A DNA stretch of 60,824 nucleotides from Planctomycetota bacterium. GTDB lineage: Bacteria > Planctomycetota > Phycisphaerae > Phycisphaerales > UBA1924. The notes beneath the pieces are model-generated. The model worked only from the letters and a program-made list of their open reading frames with translations, did not search any database and was not told the origin of the DNA. A program made the position numbers and the translations under genes. The stretch is taken from contig JAFEBN010000001.1 of assembly GCA_018242645.1 (NCBI GenBank), forward strand, positions 1 to 60,824, read 5' to 3'. Below are positions 26,651 to 36,208 of the stretch, in pieces. Every line of letters begins with the position of its first letter. Positions within the stretch are counted from its first letter, which is position 1.

Positions 26651-28039
26651 ATGAAGCGCCTGCACCTGGTTTCGCGGTTGTGTGTCCTGCCGCTCTCGCT
26701 TGCCGCGGCGGCGCAGCAATCGACGCCAGAAACGCCTCCGGCGGAAACCGCGGCCACGCAGCCTGAAAGCACGACGAGCGCCACAGACGTCACGGCACCC
26801 AAACTCGACACCGATCAGCAGTTCAAGTTCGGCATTCCCGACATCTCGCTCCCCGGCGGCGGAGGCAAGGGCGATGTCGGACTCTCTCCGGGCGACACGC
26901 CCACAGCGGTCCCGGATGAGTTGTACGACATCGAAATACCCCGACGGGGCCTCTTCCACTTGCCGCTGATCGAAGAACCGGTCGATCAACTCACCGCGGC
27001 GCTCCGGCGGCTGCAGGACAAGACCGGCCTGCGTCTGAGCTTTGCCTACACCATGCTGTTCCAGCAGGCTTCGGGCGGGCCCGGGCAGCGGAGCGGGGGC
27101 GCCGGCGATATCGACTTCATGTCAGCGTGGACGCTGCTCGGCCGCGACACGGCGAACACGGGCACGCTGATCCTGACCGGCGAGTACCGGTTCCAGATCG
27201 GCGAGCAACCGCCCGCGTTTCTGGGGCGCGAGCTGGGAACGCTGACGAACGTGACCAGCGCCTTCAACGACCGCGGGTGGGTGGTGCGCGACGCCTACTG
27301 GTTGCAGCGGCTCTTCGACGGCAAGCTCCGCTTCATCATCGGCAGGGGCGACATCTCCGATTTCATCGGCGGCATGCGCATGCAGAACGTGAACAACTCG
27401 TTCCTCAACCGGGCCTTCTCGGGCAACGCGGCCGTGGCCTACCCCGCCGGACACGGCCCCGCCGCGGGGCTCTCGTTCGTACCCAACGACCTGTTTTATG
27501 TCACGGGGGGCATCCAGAACGGCTACAGCACCTCGACCACGATGGGCCTCAACACGCTGGGCGACGGCGACTTCTTCTACGGCATCGAAGCCGGCATCAC
27601 GCCCAACTTCGAAGGGCTCGGGCGGGGCCGCTACCGCGTCATGTACTGGTACATGGATAACCGTCCGCTGCTCGCGCTGCCGTCGGACCAGGGCATCTCG
27701 ATCATCGCCGATCAGGACATCGGCGATCGGTGGATGGCCTTTGCGCGCTACGGCCACTCCGACGCGACGCTGACCAACATCCAGAACATGGGGCAGATCG
27801 GCGTCGGCGTACGCGGACTTCTCGGAAGCCCGGACGACTTCACGGGCCTGGGCGCGTCCTACGCCGATCCGCCCGGGCCCGGCGCCCGCGCCGAGAAGGT
27901 CGTCGAAGTCTTCCACCGCTGGCAGCTCACCATGCGAACCCAGTTCACCATCGGAGCGCAGCTGATCGTCGACCCCAGCAACGCGCCAAACGACGACGCG
28001 CTCGGCGTCTTCTCCGCCCGTTTCCGCTTCGACTTCTGA
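26651..28039 (+). CDS. Outer-membrane porin (OprB / carbohydrate-selective-porin-like)
   Basis: Signal peptide MKRLHLVSRLCVLPLSLAAAAQQ, a beta-barrel-like alternating pattern and C-terminal FSARFRFDF. The OprB-family assignment is from memory of overall sequence character only. Confidence 0.6.
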   Translation: MKRLHLVSRLCVLPLSLAAAAQQSTPETPPAETAATQPESTTSATDVTAPKLDTDQQFKFGIPDISLPGGGGKGDVGLSPGDTPTAVPDELYDIEIPRRGLFHLPLIEEPVDQLTAALRRLQDKTGLRLSFAYTMLFQQASGGPGQRSGGAGDIDFMSAWTLLGRDTANTGTLILTGEYRFQIGEQPPAFLGRELGTLTNVTSAFNDRGWVVRDAYWLQRLFDGKLRFIIGRGDISDFIGGMRMQNVNNSFLNRAFSGNAAVAYPAGHGPAAGLSFVPNDLFYVTGGIQNGYSTSTTMGLNTLGDGDFFYGIEAGITPNFEGLGRGRYRVMYWYMDNRPLLALPSDQGISIIADQDIGDRWMAFARYGHSDATLTNIQNMGQIGVGVRGLLGSPDDFTGLGASYADPPGPGARAEKVVEVFHRWQLTMRTQFTIGAQLIVDPSNAPNDDALGVFSARFRFDF

Positions 28040-28044
28040 AACCG

Positions 28045-29397
28045 ATGGAAGAAACCGCGAAGGACATTCCCGGTCTGCTCCAGTTCATGTGCCGCCTGGG
28101 CCAGGCGTACATCGCCTGCGGCGAGCAAACGGCGCAGGTGGAGATGCTCCTCCGCCGTGTTGCCGCGGCAAACGGGATGGTGCGTTCCCGCGTCGTCGCG
28201 TTTCCTTCGGCTCTCTTCATTCTCGTCAACGACGGCGAGAAGGAACACGTGACAATCGCCGAAGGGCCGATGGGCGGGCTCAAGCTCGACCAGATCGCCG
28301 ACGTCTACACGCTGGGCGGCAAGGCGTCGCGCGGCGAGCTGTCGCCTCGCGAAGCGATGAAGCAGTTGTCGGCGGTGATGCTCAAGCGCCCCCGATTCGG
28401 GCGCGTCGGGGGCATCATCGGCCACATGATCCTGACCGTGGGCATCGCCATGATGTTCATGCCGGCGCTGCCCAACATCGCCGCGGCGGCCGTGCTCGGA
28501 TTGGTCATCGGCATCATCAAGGCGGTCGTGAAACAGGGCTCGCTGCTCGCCGTGCCTCTGTCGGTGGTGGCCGCGGCCGTTGTTGCCGCGCTGGTCGTGC
28601 TGGCGACCAAGTACGGCCTGCCGGTCGATCCGCTGCATGCACTCGTTCCGCCGCTCATCACGTTCCTCCCGGGCGGCATGCTGACGCTGGGGATGCTGGA
28701 GCTGGCCTATGGCGACATGATCAGCGGCGCAAGCCGGCTCATCGCCGGATTCGTTCAGCTCGTGCTGCTGGCGTTCGGCTTTGCGGCGGGCGCCGCGGTC
28801 ATGGGCGTCACGCCCGGCAACCTGTTCACCTACGCCGAGTTCGCCCCCATCGAACCTTGGGCGTTCTGGGCTTCATGGGCCCCTTGGGCGGGCGTGGTGA
28901 TCTTCGGCATCGGCGTCTTCCTGCACTTCTCCGCACCCAAGCACTCGCTGCCCTGGCTGCTGTTCGTGCTGCTCGTGACCTACGCCGTGCAGACACTCAG
29001 CAGCGGAATCGTCGGCAGCGAGTTCAGCGGCTTTTTCGGGATGCTGATCGCGACACCACTCGGCTACCTCATCCGCTTCGGATTTGGCGGCCCGCCGGCG
29101 ATGGTGACGTTCCTGCCGAGTTTCTGGCTGCTCGTGCCGGGAGCCCTGGGCCTGCTCAGCGTGAAGCGCATGCTGAGCGACCGTGCCGCGGGCATCGAAG
29201 GGCTGGTCACGGCCGTCTTCGTGTTCGCCTCGATCGCGCTGGGGACGCTGCTGGGTGCGTCAATCTACAAGGGCGTGACCGACCGGTTCGGCCTGTGGAA
29301 GCTCAAGGTGGGCCGGCGCGACCGGCAGGCGCTCAAGAGTCCGCGTGCCGCCACCGTGCAGGCCGAAGCCAGCGACATCGACGGCGAAACAACCTGA
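28045..29397 (+). CDS. ThrE-family threonine/serine exporter-like membrane protein
   Basis: N-terminal cytoplasmic DUF1212-like region (LLRRVAAANGM...FPSALFILVND) followed by about 10 TM helices. Start at ATG 28045, 5 nt after the porin stop. Confidence 0.7.
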   Translation: MEETAKDIPGLLQFMCRLGQAYIACGEQTAQVEMLLRRVAAANGMVRSRVVAFPSALFILVNDGEKEHVTIAEGPMGGLKLDQIADVYTLGGKASRGELSPREAMKQLSAVMLKRPRFGRVGGIIGHMILTVGIAMMFMPALPNIAAAAVLGLVIGIIKAVVKQGSLLAVPLSVVAAAVVAALVVLATKYGLPVDPLHALVPPLITFLPGGMLTLGMLELAYGDMISGASRLIAGFVQLVLLAFGFAAGAAVMGVTPGNLFTYAEFAPIEPWAFWASWAPWAGVVIFGIGVFLHFSAPKHSLPWLLFVLLVTYAVQTLSSGIVGSEFSGFFGMLIATPLGYLIRFGFGGPPAMVTFLPSFWLLVPGALGLLSVKRMLSDRAAGIEGLVTAVFVFASIALGTLLGASIYKGVTDRFGLWKLKVGRRDRQALKSPRAATVQAEASDIDGETT

Positions 29398-29398
29398 A

Positions 29399-30592
29399 TC
29401 AGACGGTCGCCAGCGCGACCGCGAGGCGGCAGCCCTCGTGGTATTCCGGCAGGTCGACGAATTCCTTGACCGTGTGGATCTCGTGCTGACCCGCGCCGAT
29501 GGTGACCGTCGGCAACCCGTACTGCGCAAACCAGTTGGCGTCGAGGCCGCCGTTGGAGAACATGGTCTTGCCCTTCAGGCCGATCGCCTGGGCGGCGCGC
29601 AGCGCGTGCTTCACCGCCGGCGAGCTATCGGGCAGGTTGAACGACGGATACTCGGCGCGGCTGTTGAAAACGACCTTGGCCGTGCCGCCTCCGGCGTCTT
29701 TCACCTGCTTGCGGGCCGACTCGAACGCCGCCTTGTACGCCTTGGTGATCTTGGCGGCGAACGCGACGTTGGGGCTGCGGGTTTCGCCCCGGAGGTACAC
29801 ATAATCGGTCACCACGTTTGTGGCGTTTCCCGCGGCGGTGTTGTTCTTACCCCCGAAGATGCCGGGGTTGCTGGTGCCGCGTTCCTTGCCCTTCACGACC
29901 TTGCCGAACCAGCCGCCCTTCCGCGCTTCCGCGAGCGCCAGGGCCGCGACAAGTGTCGACGAGATGCCCTTTTCGGGCGCGACGCCGGCGTGCGACGCCT
30001 TTCCGAAGATCTCGACGTCGAACCGCTCTGCTCCGACGGCGCCGGTGACAAAGTCGGCGGGGATCTTGCTGTCGACATTGAAGCACATGGCGGCGCCGGC
30101 GAGGAACTTGCGGTCCATGTAACGCGCGCCCTGCAGGCCGCTTTCTTCGCGCACCGTAAAGCAGAGCGTGATGGGCGGATGCGGGAGCTTGCTCTTGAGG
30201 AGAGCTTCCGCAAGCGTGACGAGCACGGCGCAGCCGGTGCGGTTGTCGCCGCCGAGCGCGGTCGATCCGTCGGTGACGATCTTCTTGCCCGCGAGCTTTG
30301 GCCTGGCCCCGGCGCAGAGCGGCACGGTATCGAGGTGCGTCGCGAATGCGATGCCCGGGCCCTTCTTTGTTCCGGGAATCCGGACAAACAGGTTCCCCGT
30401 CTGCGTCGGCAGCGGGATGCGCTTGTGCGCATCATCGAATCGGATCGCCGAGGACGGCACCCCGAGTTTCTTCAGATCGTTCACGATCACATCGGCAATG
30501 GCTTTTTCGTTGCCGCTCACGCCCTCCACCTGGAGGTAGCGCATCAGGCGGTTGGTCGCGGCCTTGGTGTCGACGGCAATGGACTGACTCAT
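29399..30592 (-). CDS. M20-family metallopeptidase (PepT/AbgB-like amidohydrolase)
   Basis: Metal-ligand blocks FATHLDTV, GGDNRTGCAVL and REESGLQGA. ATG 30592 lies 7 nt downstream of GGAG. An alternative ATG at 30610 has no SD. Confidence 0.8.
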   Translation of the reverse strand: MSQSIAVDTKAATNRLMRYLQVEGVSGNEKAIADVIVNDLKKLGVPSSAIRFDDAHKRIPLPTQTGNLFVRIPGTKKGPGIAFATHLDTVPLCAGARPKLAGKKIVTDGSTALGGDNRTGCAVLVTLAEALLKSKLPHPPITLCFTVREESGLQGARYMDRKFLAGAAMCFNVDSKIPADFVTGAVGAERFDVEIFGKASHAGVAPEKGISSTLVAALALAEARKGGWFGKVVKGKERGTSNPGIFGGKNNTAAGNATNVVTDYVYLRGETRSPNVAFAAKITKAYKAAFESARKQVKDAGGGTAKVVFNSRAEYPSFNLPDSSPAVKHALRAAQAIGLKGKTMFSNGGLDANWFAQYGLPTVTIGAGQHEIHTVKEFVDLPEYHEGCRLAVALATV

Positions 30593-30645
30593 CGGAATTC
30601 TCCGCGGCATGTCGCTGCCGCCGGCGTGTTGGTGCACAGACGTGC

Positions 30646-32208
30646 CTAGAGACCCCAGGGCAGGCCCAGCAGATACCAGACGACAAACAGCGCCGTCCAG
30701 CACGCGAAGATGCCGACGACATACGGCAGCATCAGGGCCACGAGCGTGCCGACCCCGGCGTTCTTCTCGTATTTCTGGGCAAACGCAACGACCATCACAA
30801 AGTACGCGTTCAGGGGCGTGATCATGTTGACGGGCGAGTCGGCGATGCGGTAGGCCGCGAGCACCGCCTCGGGCGCGATCTTGAGCTGCACGAACACGGG
30901 CACGAACACCGGCGCGAAGATTGCCCACTTGGCGATGGCGCCGGTGATGAGCAGATCGAGAATGGCAACGACCACGATAAATCCGATGAGCAACCACAGC
31001 GGACCGATGTTGGCACCCTTGAGCCCGTCGGCCATTTTCACGGCCAGGATGGTCGCCATGTTGGTGTAGTTGAAGTAGGCGATGAACTGGCTGATGATGA
31101 GCAGCAGGAAGATCAGGCTGCCGAGGTTGCCGATCGATTTCTCCATCGCCTTGATGATGTCGTTCACGCTCTTGATGGTGCCGGCGCCGTAGCCGTACGC
31201 CGCCCCCGTCACCAGGAACAGGATCATGATGACGGCGATGAGGCCGTTCATGAACGGCGAATTGCCCACGATGGCGCCGGTTGTCGGGTTGCGGAGGGGC
31301 GCCCACGCCGGGAGCGTGAGGATCGCGAAGACCGCCAGCACGCCGATGAGCCCGAGGAACGCGAAAAGAAGGCCCCGCGACTCCGCCGCGGTGAGCCTGG
31401 CTTCTTCCGCGTCCTTCGGTTTTTCACCCTTGTACTCGCCAAGCCTGGGTTCGATGATCCGCTCGGTGATGAGCGTGATGACCACCGTCAGAAAGAGCAC
31501 CGAAACGATCGAGAACCAGAGGTTGGCTGTGAGGTCGATCGAGATCGCGGGGTTGACCAGGTGGATCGCGTCGTTGGTGAATTCCGTCAGCACCGCGTCG
31601 AGCGGCTTGATAAGCATGTTGACCGTGAAGGCGCCCGCCACCGAGGCGAAGCCCGCCGCCAAACCCGCCAGCGGATGGCGGCCGATACTGATGAACGCGA
31701 TGCCCGCCAGCGGGATCAGCACCAGGTAGCCTGCGTCCGCCGCCACGCTCGAGAGGATGCCCGCGAACACCAGGATGTAGGTCAGCGCCTTCGGGGGCGA
31801 GACGATCACCAGTTTGCGGATCAGGGCTTTCACCAGCCCCGATTCCTCGGCCACGCCGGCGCCCACCATCGCCACGATCATGAGGCCGACGGCCGTGAAG
31901 CCCATGAAGCTGGGGATCAGGCTCGTGTACATGAAGCGGATGCCTTCGACATTCAGCAGGGTCTGTGCCCTGGTCGTGACGGTGTCCACGCTCTGGGTCG
32001 CCGCGTTGATCTGCTGATACGTCACCGACGTGCCCATCAGGCTCAGCACGTGCGCCAGCACGATCACGAGGGCGATCAGCCCCAGGAAGATCAGCGCAGG
32101 ATGCGGCACCTTGTTTCCCACCCGCTCCACGACATCCAGGATCTTCTGCATCGCGCCCTGGGGCGCGTCCTTGCTCGCCCCACCGGAATTCTTCTTCGCG
32201 CGGCTCAT
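30646..32208 (-). CDS. AbgT-family transporter (p-aminobenzoyl-glutamate / dipeptide-like uptake family)
   Basis: N-terminal VERVGNKVPHPALIFLGLIALVIV matches the AbgT signature. About 12 TM helices. It lies directly upstream of an M20 hydrolase, as in E. coli abgABT. Confidence 0.85.
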   Translation of the reverse strand: MSRAKKNSGGASKDAPQGAMQKILDVVERVGNKVPHPALIFLGLIALVIVLAHVLSLMGTSVTYQQINAATQSVDTVTTRAQTLLNVEGIRFMYTSLIPSFMGFTAVGLMIVAMVGAGVAEESGLVKALIRKLVIVSPPKALTYILVFAGILSSVAADAGYLVLIPLAGIAFISIGRHPLAGLAAGFASVAGAFTVNMLIKPLDAVLTEFTNDAIHLVNPAISIDLTANLWFSIVSVLFLTVVITLITERIIEPRLGEYKGEKPKDAEEARLTAAESRGLLFAFLGLIGVLAVFAILTLPAWAPLRNPTTGAIVGNSPFMNGLIAVIMILFLVTGAAYGYGAGTIKSVNDIIKAMEKSIGNLGSLIFLLLIISQFIAYFNYTNMATILAVKMADGLKGANIGPLWLLIGFIVVVAILDLLITGAIAKWAIFAPVFVPVFVQLKIAPEAVLAAYRIADSPVNMITPLNAYFVMVVAFAQKYEKNAGVGTLVALMLPYVVGIFACWTALFVVWYLLGLPWGL

Positions 32209-32238
32209 AACCTCACCTTTCCACGAACGCGCCCCGCC

Positions 32239-34053
32239 TCACAGCGGCAGCAACAGCGGGACCAGGATCACGCAGACGACCAGCACCACCAGGGCAAACG
32301 GCACACCCACCTTCACGAAGTCGCCGAACTTGTAGTTGCCCGGCGCCACGACCAGCGTATTCACCGGCGAGGAGACCGGGGTCATGAACGCGGTGGATGC
32401 CGCGAGCGCGACGATCATTGCGAACGGATAGGGCGAAGCCTTGAGGTACGTCGCGACCGCGATGGCGACCGGAGCCATGAGCACCGCCGTTGCGGTATTG
32501 GAGATAAACAGCCCAAGGGTCGCGGTAATGGCAAATAGCAGCGCGAGCACCACGGTGGTCGGTGCGCCGCGCGTCACGGCCAATAAGGCGTCCGCGGCGA
32601 TGTCCACGCCGCCCGTGCGCTGCAGGGCCGTCGAAAACGGCAGCATGCCGACGATGAGAACAAGTGTTTTCCAGTCGATCGAGCGGTATGCGCTCTCGAG
32701 CGTCACGCAGCCGAAAAGCCCCATCAGCAGACAGCCGATGAACGCGGCGTGCACATTGGGAACAACGCCCCACACCATCAGGATGACCACCAGCAGCAGG
32801 CAGCCGATCGCCTGCGGCGCCTTGCTCGCGGCGGGCAGCACATCCTTCCGCTCGCTGGGCATGCTGAGCAGGACCAGGTCACGCCCGTTTGCGTTGATCG
32901 CGTCGATCGCCTTCCAGGGCCCGACTAGCAGCAGTTCGTCGCCGAGTTGGAGCGTCTGATCAACCAGCGCGCCCGCAAATGCATCCTGCCCGCGCCGGAC
33001 GCCAACGACGGTCAAACCGTACTTGCTCCGCAGCGCTGCCTCACCCACCGTCTGGCCGACGAATTCGGAAAGCGCCGGGACAATGACCGCCGCCATCCCC
33101 ACTTCCTGCGAGCGATCCGTGAAATACGCGCCCGTGAGGGGCAGTTCGTCTACCCCGAACGTCTCCATCTGCGCCCGGAGGTCGGGATTGTCCAGGTGCA
33201 CAAGCAGCACATCGCCCGCGGCAACGCGCACGCCGTCGCTTGCCTGCTGGACCGTCCGGTCCCGCTCCACCGCGATCGCACGGGCACCCTGATCGCCCCC
33301 CACGCGCAACTCGCCGAAAGTCTTGCCGACGAGCCGCGAGTCGGGTCGCACCCGAACTCGTAGTTCCCGGCCGGCCAGCTTGAATTCCTCGATCCACGAA
33401 CCGAGCGTCGGGCCCGAAGGGCTCGACCCCGCGGCTGCCGAGGCATCGGTTCCCAGCCACCGACGCGCGAACATCATGTAGATCACGCCTAAAAACAGGA
33501 TGGGAAGACCAAAGGGCGTGAAACTGAAGAAGTGAAAGCCCTGGTTCCCATGGCGGATGAGTTCGGCGTTCACCACGAGGTTGGGCGCCGTCGCGACGAG
33601 CGTCGTCATGCCGCTGATCAGCGCCGCAAAGCTCAGGGGCATCATCAGGCCCTCGGGCGATGAACCGGTGCTCTGCGAGATCCGCAAGGCGACAGGAATG
33701 AAAATCGCGGTCACGGCTGTGGAACTCATCATCGAGCCCAGGCCGCACACGACCACCATCAACATCGCCACCAGCTTGGTTTCGTTGCTCCCCGCTGTCC
33801 GCGTGAGCCAGTCGCCCAGGTGCCGCGCCACGCCGGTCCGAACCAGCCCGTCGCCGATGACGAACAACGCCGCGATGAGCACGATGTTGGAGTCTGCAAA
33901 GCCGCTCAGCGTCTCCGGCATTGTCACCACGCCGGTGAACGGCAGCAGTGTCATCACGATCAGCGCCACCGCATCCATGCGGGGCTTGTTGATCGCAAAC
34001 ATGATGATCGACGCGACAAGCAGCGCCAGGACCATCGCAAGTTGACTGTTCAT
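32239..34053 (-). CDS. SLC13/DASS-family permease with central TrkA-C (RCK-C) domains
   Basis: N-terminus MNSQLAMVLALLVASIIMFAINKPRMDAVALIVMTLLP. The central soluble segment holds two repeats of the TrkA-C type (GKTFGELRV..., GQTVGEAALRSKYGLTVVGVRRG), flanked by permease halves. Confidence 0.85.
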   Translation of the reverse strand: MNSQLAMVLALLVASIIMFAINKPRMDAVALIVMTLLPFTGVVTMPETLSGFADSNIVLIAALFVIGDGLVRTGVARHLGDWLTRTAGSNETKLVAMLMVVVCGLGSMMSSTAVTAIFIPVALRISQSTGSSPEGLMMPLSFAALISGMTTLVATAPNLVVNAELIRHGNQGFHFFSFTPFGLPILFLGVIYMMFARRWLGTDASAAAGSSPSGPTLGSWIEEFKLAGRELRVRVRPDSRLVGKTFGELRVGGDQGARAIAVERDRTVQQASDGVRVAAGDVLLVHLDNPDLRAQMETFGVDELPLTGAYFTDRSQEVGMAAVIVPALSEFVGQTVGEAALRSKYGLTVVGVRRGQDAFAGALVDQTLQLGDELLLVGPWKAIDAINANGRDLVLLSMPSERKDVLPAASKAPQAIGCLLLVVILMVWGVVPNVHAAFIGCLLMGLFGCVTLESAYRSIDWKTLVLIVGMLPFSTALQRTGGVDIAADALLAVTRGAPTTVVLALLFAITATLGLFISNTATAVLMAPVAIAVATYLKASPYPFAMIVALAASTAFMTPVSSPVNTLVVAPGNYKFGDFVKVGVPFALVVLVVCVILVPLLLPL

Positions 34054-34148
34054 GCCCCGGTTGCTTCCTTCCCGCCCGCAAGCGGACGGTGCACTATATC
34101 AGATAGGGCGTACGTGCCGACAAGCGCGTAAAACACCCGCGCACGAGA

Positions 34149-34180
34149 CAAAAACGGGATGGTCGTTGACACCATCCCGT
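34149..34180 (-). terminator. Intrinsic terminator after the M28 peptidase gene
   Basis: Perfect 10-bp stem ACGGGATGGT (34154-34163) / ACCATCCCGT (34171-34180) with a 7-nt loop. On the minus strand the hairpin is followed by TTTTT (complement of 34150-34154, the last T overlapping the first stem base). Confidence 0.75.
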
Positions 34181-34205
34181 GTTCGCCTGTCGGAAAGTTG
34201 TTCGA

Positions 34206-36059
34206 CTAGCTTCGACTCGGATTCGCGGCCGGCTGCTGCGGGGTGGATTCCGAGTTCTGTTGACGCTGCTCGCGCCGCAGCATGTTCGGACGCTCGTTCG
34301 CCTCCACCTTGGCGCGGGGGAGCAGCGTCGGCGCACAGCCCAGTCGATACGCCACCACCGCCGAATTCGTCGCCGACTGGATCAGATATTCCTCGATGGC
34401 GAGGTTGATCTTGTCGTTCTGCGTGTGCCAGCCGAACTGGTAATCGGCCCGCCCGCCTTCTTCCCAGAAGAAGCCCGGCACGCCCGCCTGGTTGAAACTG
34501 TGATGGTCGGAGCCGCCGTGGCTCTTCATCACCTCGCCCGTGTTCTTGACGTCCACGTTCAGGAACTTCTTGTCGAAGTGGCTGAAGAACACGTTGTTCA
34601 TCGGCGCCGTCGCCGCCGCCAGCATCTCGACCTGGGGTGACGCGACCTGCACGCCGCCCTGGTAGCCCGTGCCGCCGTCGTCGACGAACACGGCGCTGAT
34701 CCCCGCCAGCTCGTCCTTGTGCGATTCGACGTAGCCCTTGGAGCCAAGCAGGCCTTGCTCTTCACCGGCCCACAGCACGAAACGAATCGTGCGCAGCGGC
34801 CTGGCGCCCACGGCCTTGAGAATGCGGGCCGCTTCCAGCGTCACCGCGCTGCCGGTGCCGTTGTCCGTCGCACCCTGCGATCCGGGACCGTCCCAGCTGT
34901 CGAGGTGGCCGGAGATGATCACGTACTCGTCGGGGAACTTGCTTCCCTTGATCTCCGCGACCACGTTGTACTCCGGCACGGGGCCCGCGCGGAACTTGTG
35001 GTCGAGGTTGAATTCCACTTCCACTTTCTCGCCGTCGGCCAGGCGCGAATTCAGGAAGTCGTAGTCGCTCAGGCGGACCTGCACGTGGGGCTGATCATCG
35101 TCAAAGCTGTCACGCTCGGCGATCGTCAGGTCGCGCCACCCCGACACGGCGCCCGTCCACACCCGCTCATCCCGGCTCGACGAGATGTAACCCGCGATGG
35201 GCTCAAACGCCAGCCGCTCGGCGATCGGCAGTTCCGAAACCGGCTTGCCCTCCGCAACTTTCTTGCGGGCTTCCTTCCGCATGTCGTACCGGGCCGACAT
35301 CATCGAGCGAATGCCCCGCATGCCCAGCGCCGGCGGCGCCTGCAGCAGCACCCATGAGCCTTTGAGGCTGTCCTTCATCGCGGCATACTCGGCCTCGTCT
35401 TTCGGCTCGCGGATCACCGGACCACGCACCGTCCCGTTGGTCCCGATGCTCCACGACAGCGCCGTGAGCTCGACTTCGCGCACCTTGGTCCACTCAACCT
35501 TGGGCTCTTCCTTCGGCGCTTCTTTCGCGGCATCCTTTGCGGGCTCGGCGGTATTCGCGGCCGCGTCACGTGTGTTCACGCCCGGCCGAGTCTCCGGACG
35601 CATCGGGCGAGCGATGAAAATCGTGCCCGAACTCGGCCCGCGATCAAACCCGACGCCCACCGTCCCCCACTGCTCGAGGTGCACGTTGGTCAGGCCCCAC
35701 TCGCGGAAGCTCTGGCTCGCCCAGTCCTGCGCGCGCTTGAGATTTGACGAGCCCGTCAGCCGAGGGCCACGCTCGACCGTCAGCGCCTTGAGGTTGTCCA
35801 TCACCTTGGAATTGAGGGCCCCCTCCCGGAGGATCTTCATCGTGACCTGGTCGTCCCCCATCTCAATCGCCGGGGGCGGCGCCTCCTTCCCATCTACCAG
35901 GCTCACCCACTGTCCCGGCTCCCGGAAGGTGATGTCGAGCCCCGCCTTTTCCGTCGCGGGTCCGGCCGAGGTCGCGCTGGCGGAGGGCCTGGAGGCGGGT
36001 GTGCCCGCGCAGGAGATCAGGACGGAGGCGGTGACCGAGGCGGCAACCACGAGACGCAT
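34206..36059 (-). CDS. M28-family aminopeptidase, lipoprotein
   Basis: Lipobox MRLVVAASVTASVLISC. Zinc-ligand blocks ISGHLDSWDGPGSQGATDNGTGSA and VLWAGEEQGLLGS. Start at ATG 36059. Confidence 0.85.
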   Translation of the reverse strand: MRLVVAASVTASVLISCAGTPASRPSASATSAGPATEKAGLDITFREPGQWVSLVDGKEAPPPAIEMGDDQVTMKILREGALNSKVMDNLKALTVERGPRLTGSSNLKRAQDWASQSFREWGLTNVHLEQWGTVGVGFDRGPSSGTIFIARPMRPETRPGVNTRDAAANTAEPAKDAAKEAPKEEPKVEWTKVREVELTALSWSIGTNGTVRGPVIREPKDEAEYAAMKDSLKGSWVLLQAPPALGMRGIRSMMSARYDMRKEARKKVAEGKPVSELPIAERLAFEPIAGYISSSRDERVWTGAVSGWRDLTIAERDSFDDDQPHVQVRLSDYDFLNSRLADGEKVEVEFNLDHKFRAGPVPEYNVVAEIKGSKFPDEYVIISGHLDSWDGPGSQGATDNGTGSAVTLEAARILKAVGARPLRTIRFVLWAGEEQGLLGSKGYVESHKDELAGISAVFVDDGGTGYQGGVQVASPQVEMLAAATAPMNNVFFSHFDKKFLNVDVKNTGEVMKSHGGSDHHSFNQAGVPGFFWEEGGRADYQFGWHTQNDKINLAIEEYLIQSATNSAVVAYRLGCAPTLLPRAKVEANERPNMLRREQRQQNSESTPQQPAANPSRS

Positions 36060-36208
36060 GCGATCGTTCACTGAAAATGCTCCAAAGGGCCGGCAGAACG
36101 CCGGGGCGGGCAGCGTACCGCAGATTGGGGCGGCCGTTGCACAGAATGTGGCCGGGCCGCCCGATCCGTGCGATTCCGACCTACTATCCCAACCTTCCCG
36201 GAGCTCGA

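Noticed and set aside
30298-32538. 746-aa plus-strand ORF, and similar long ORFs at 19565-21553(-), 42592-43854(-), 24046-25266(-), 29345-30649(+), 35197-36225(+) and 54027-55307(-)
   Set aside because: All are antisense or out of frame relative to genes with recognisable families (AbgT, RND, TolC, MFS, M20, M28, HAF protein). All have Arg/His/Asp-dominated compositions with no motifs.
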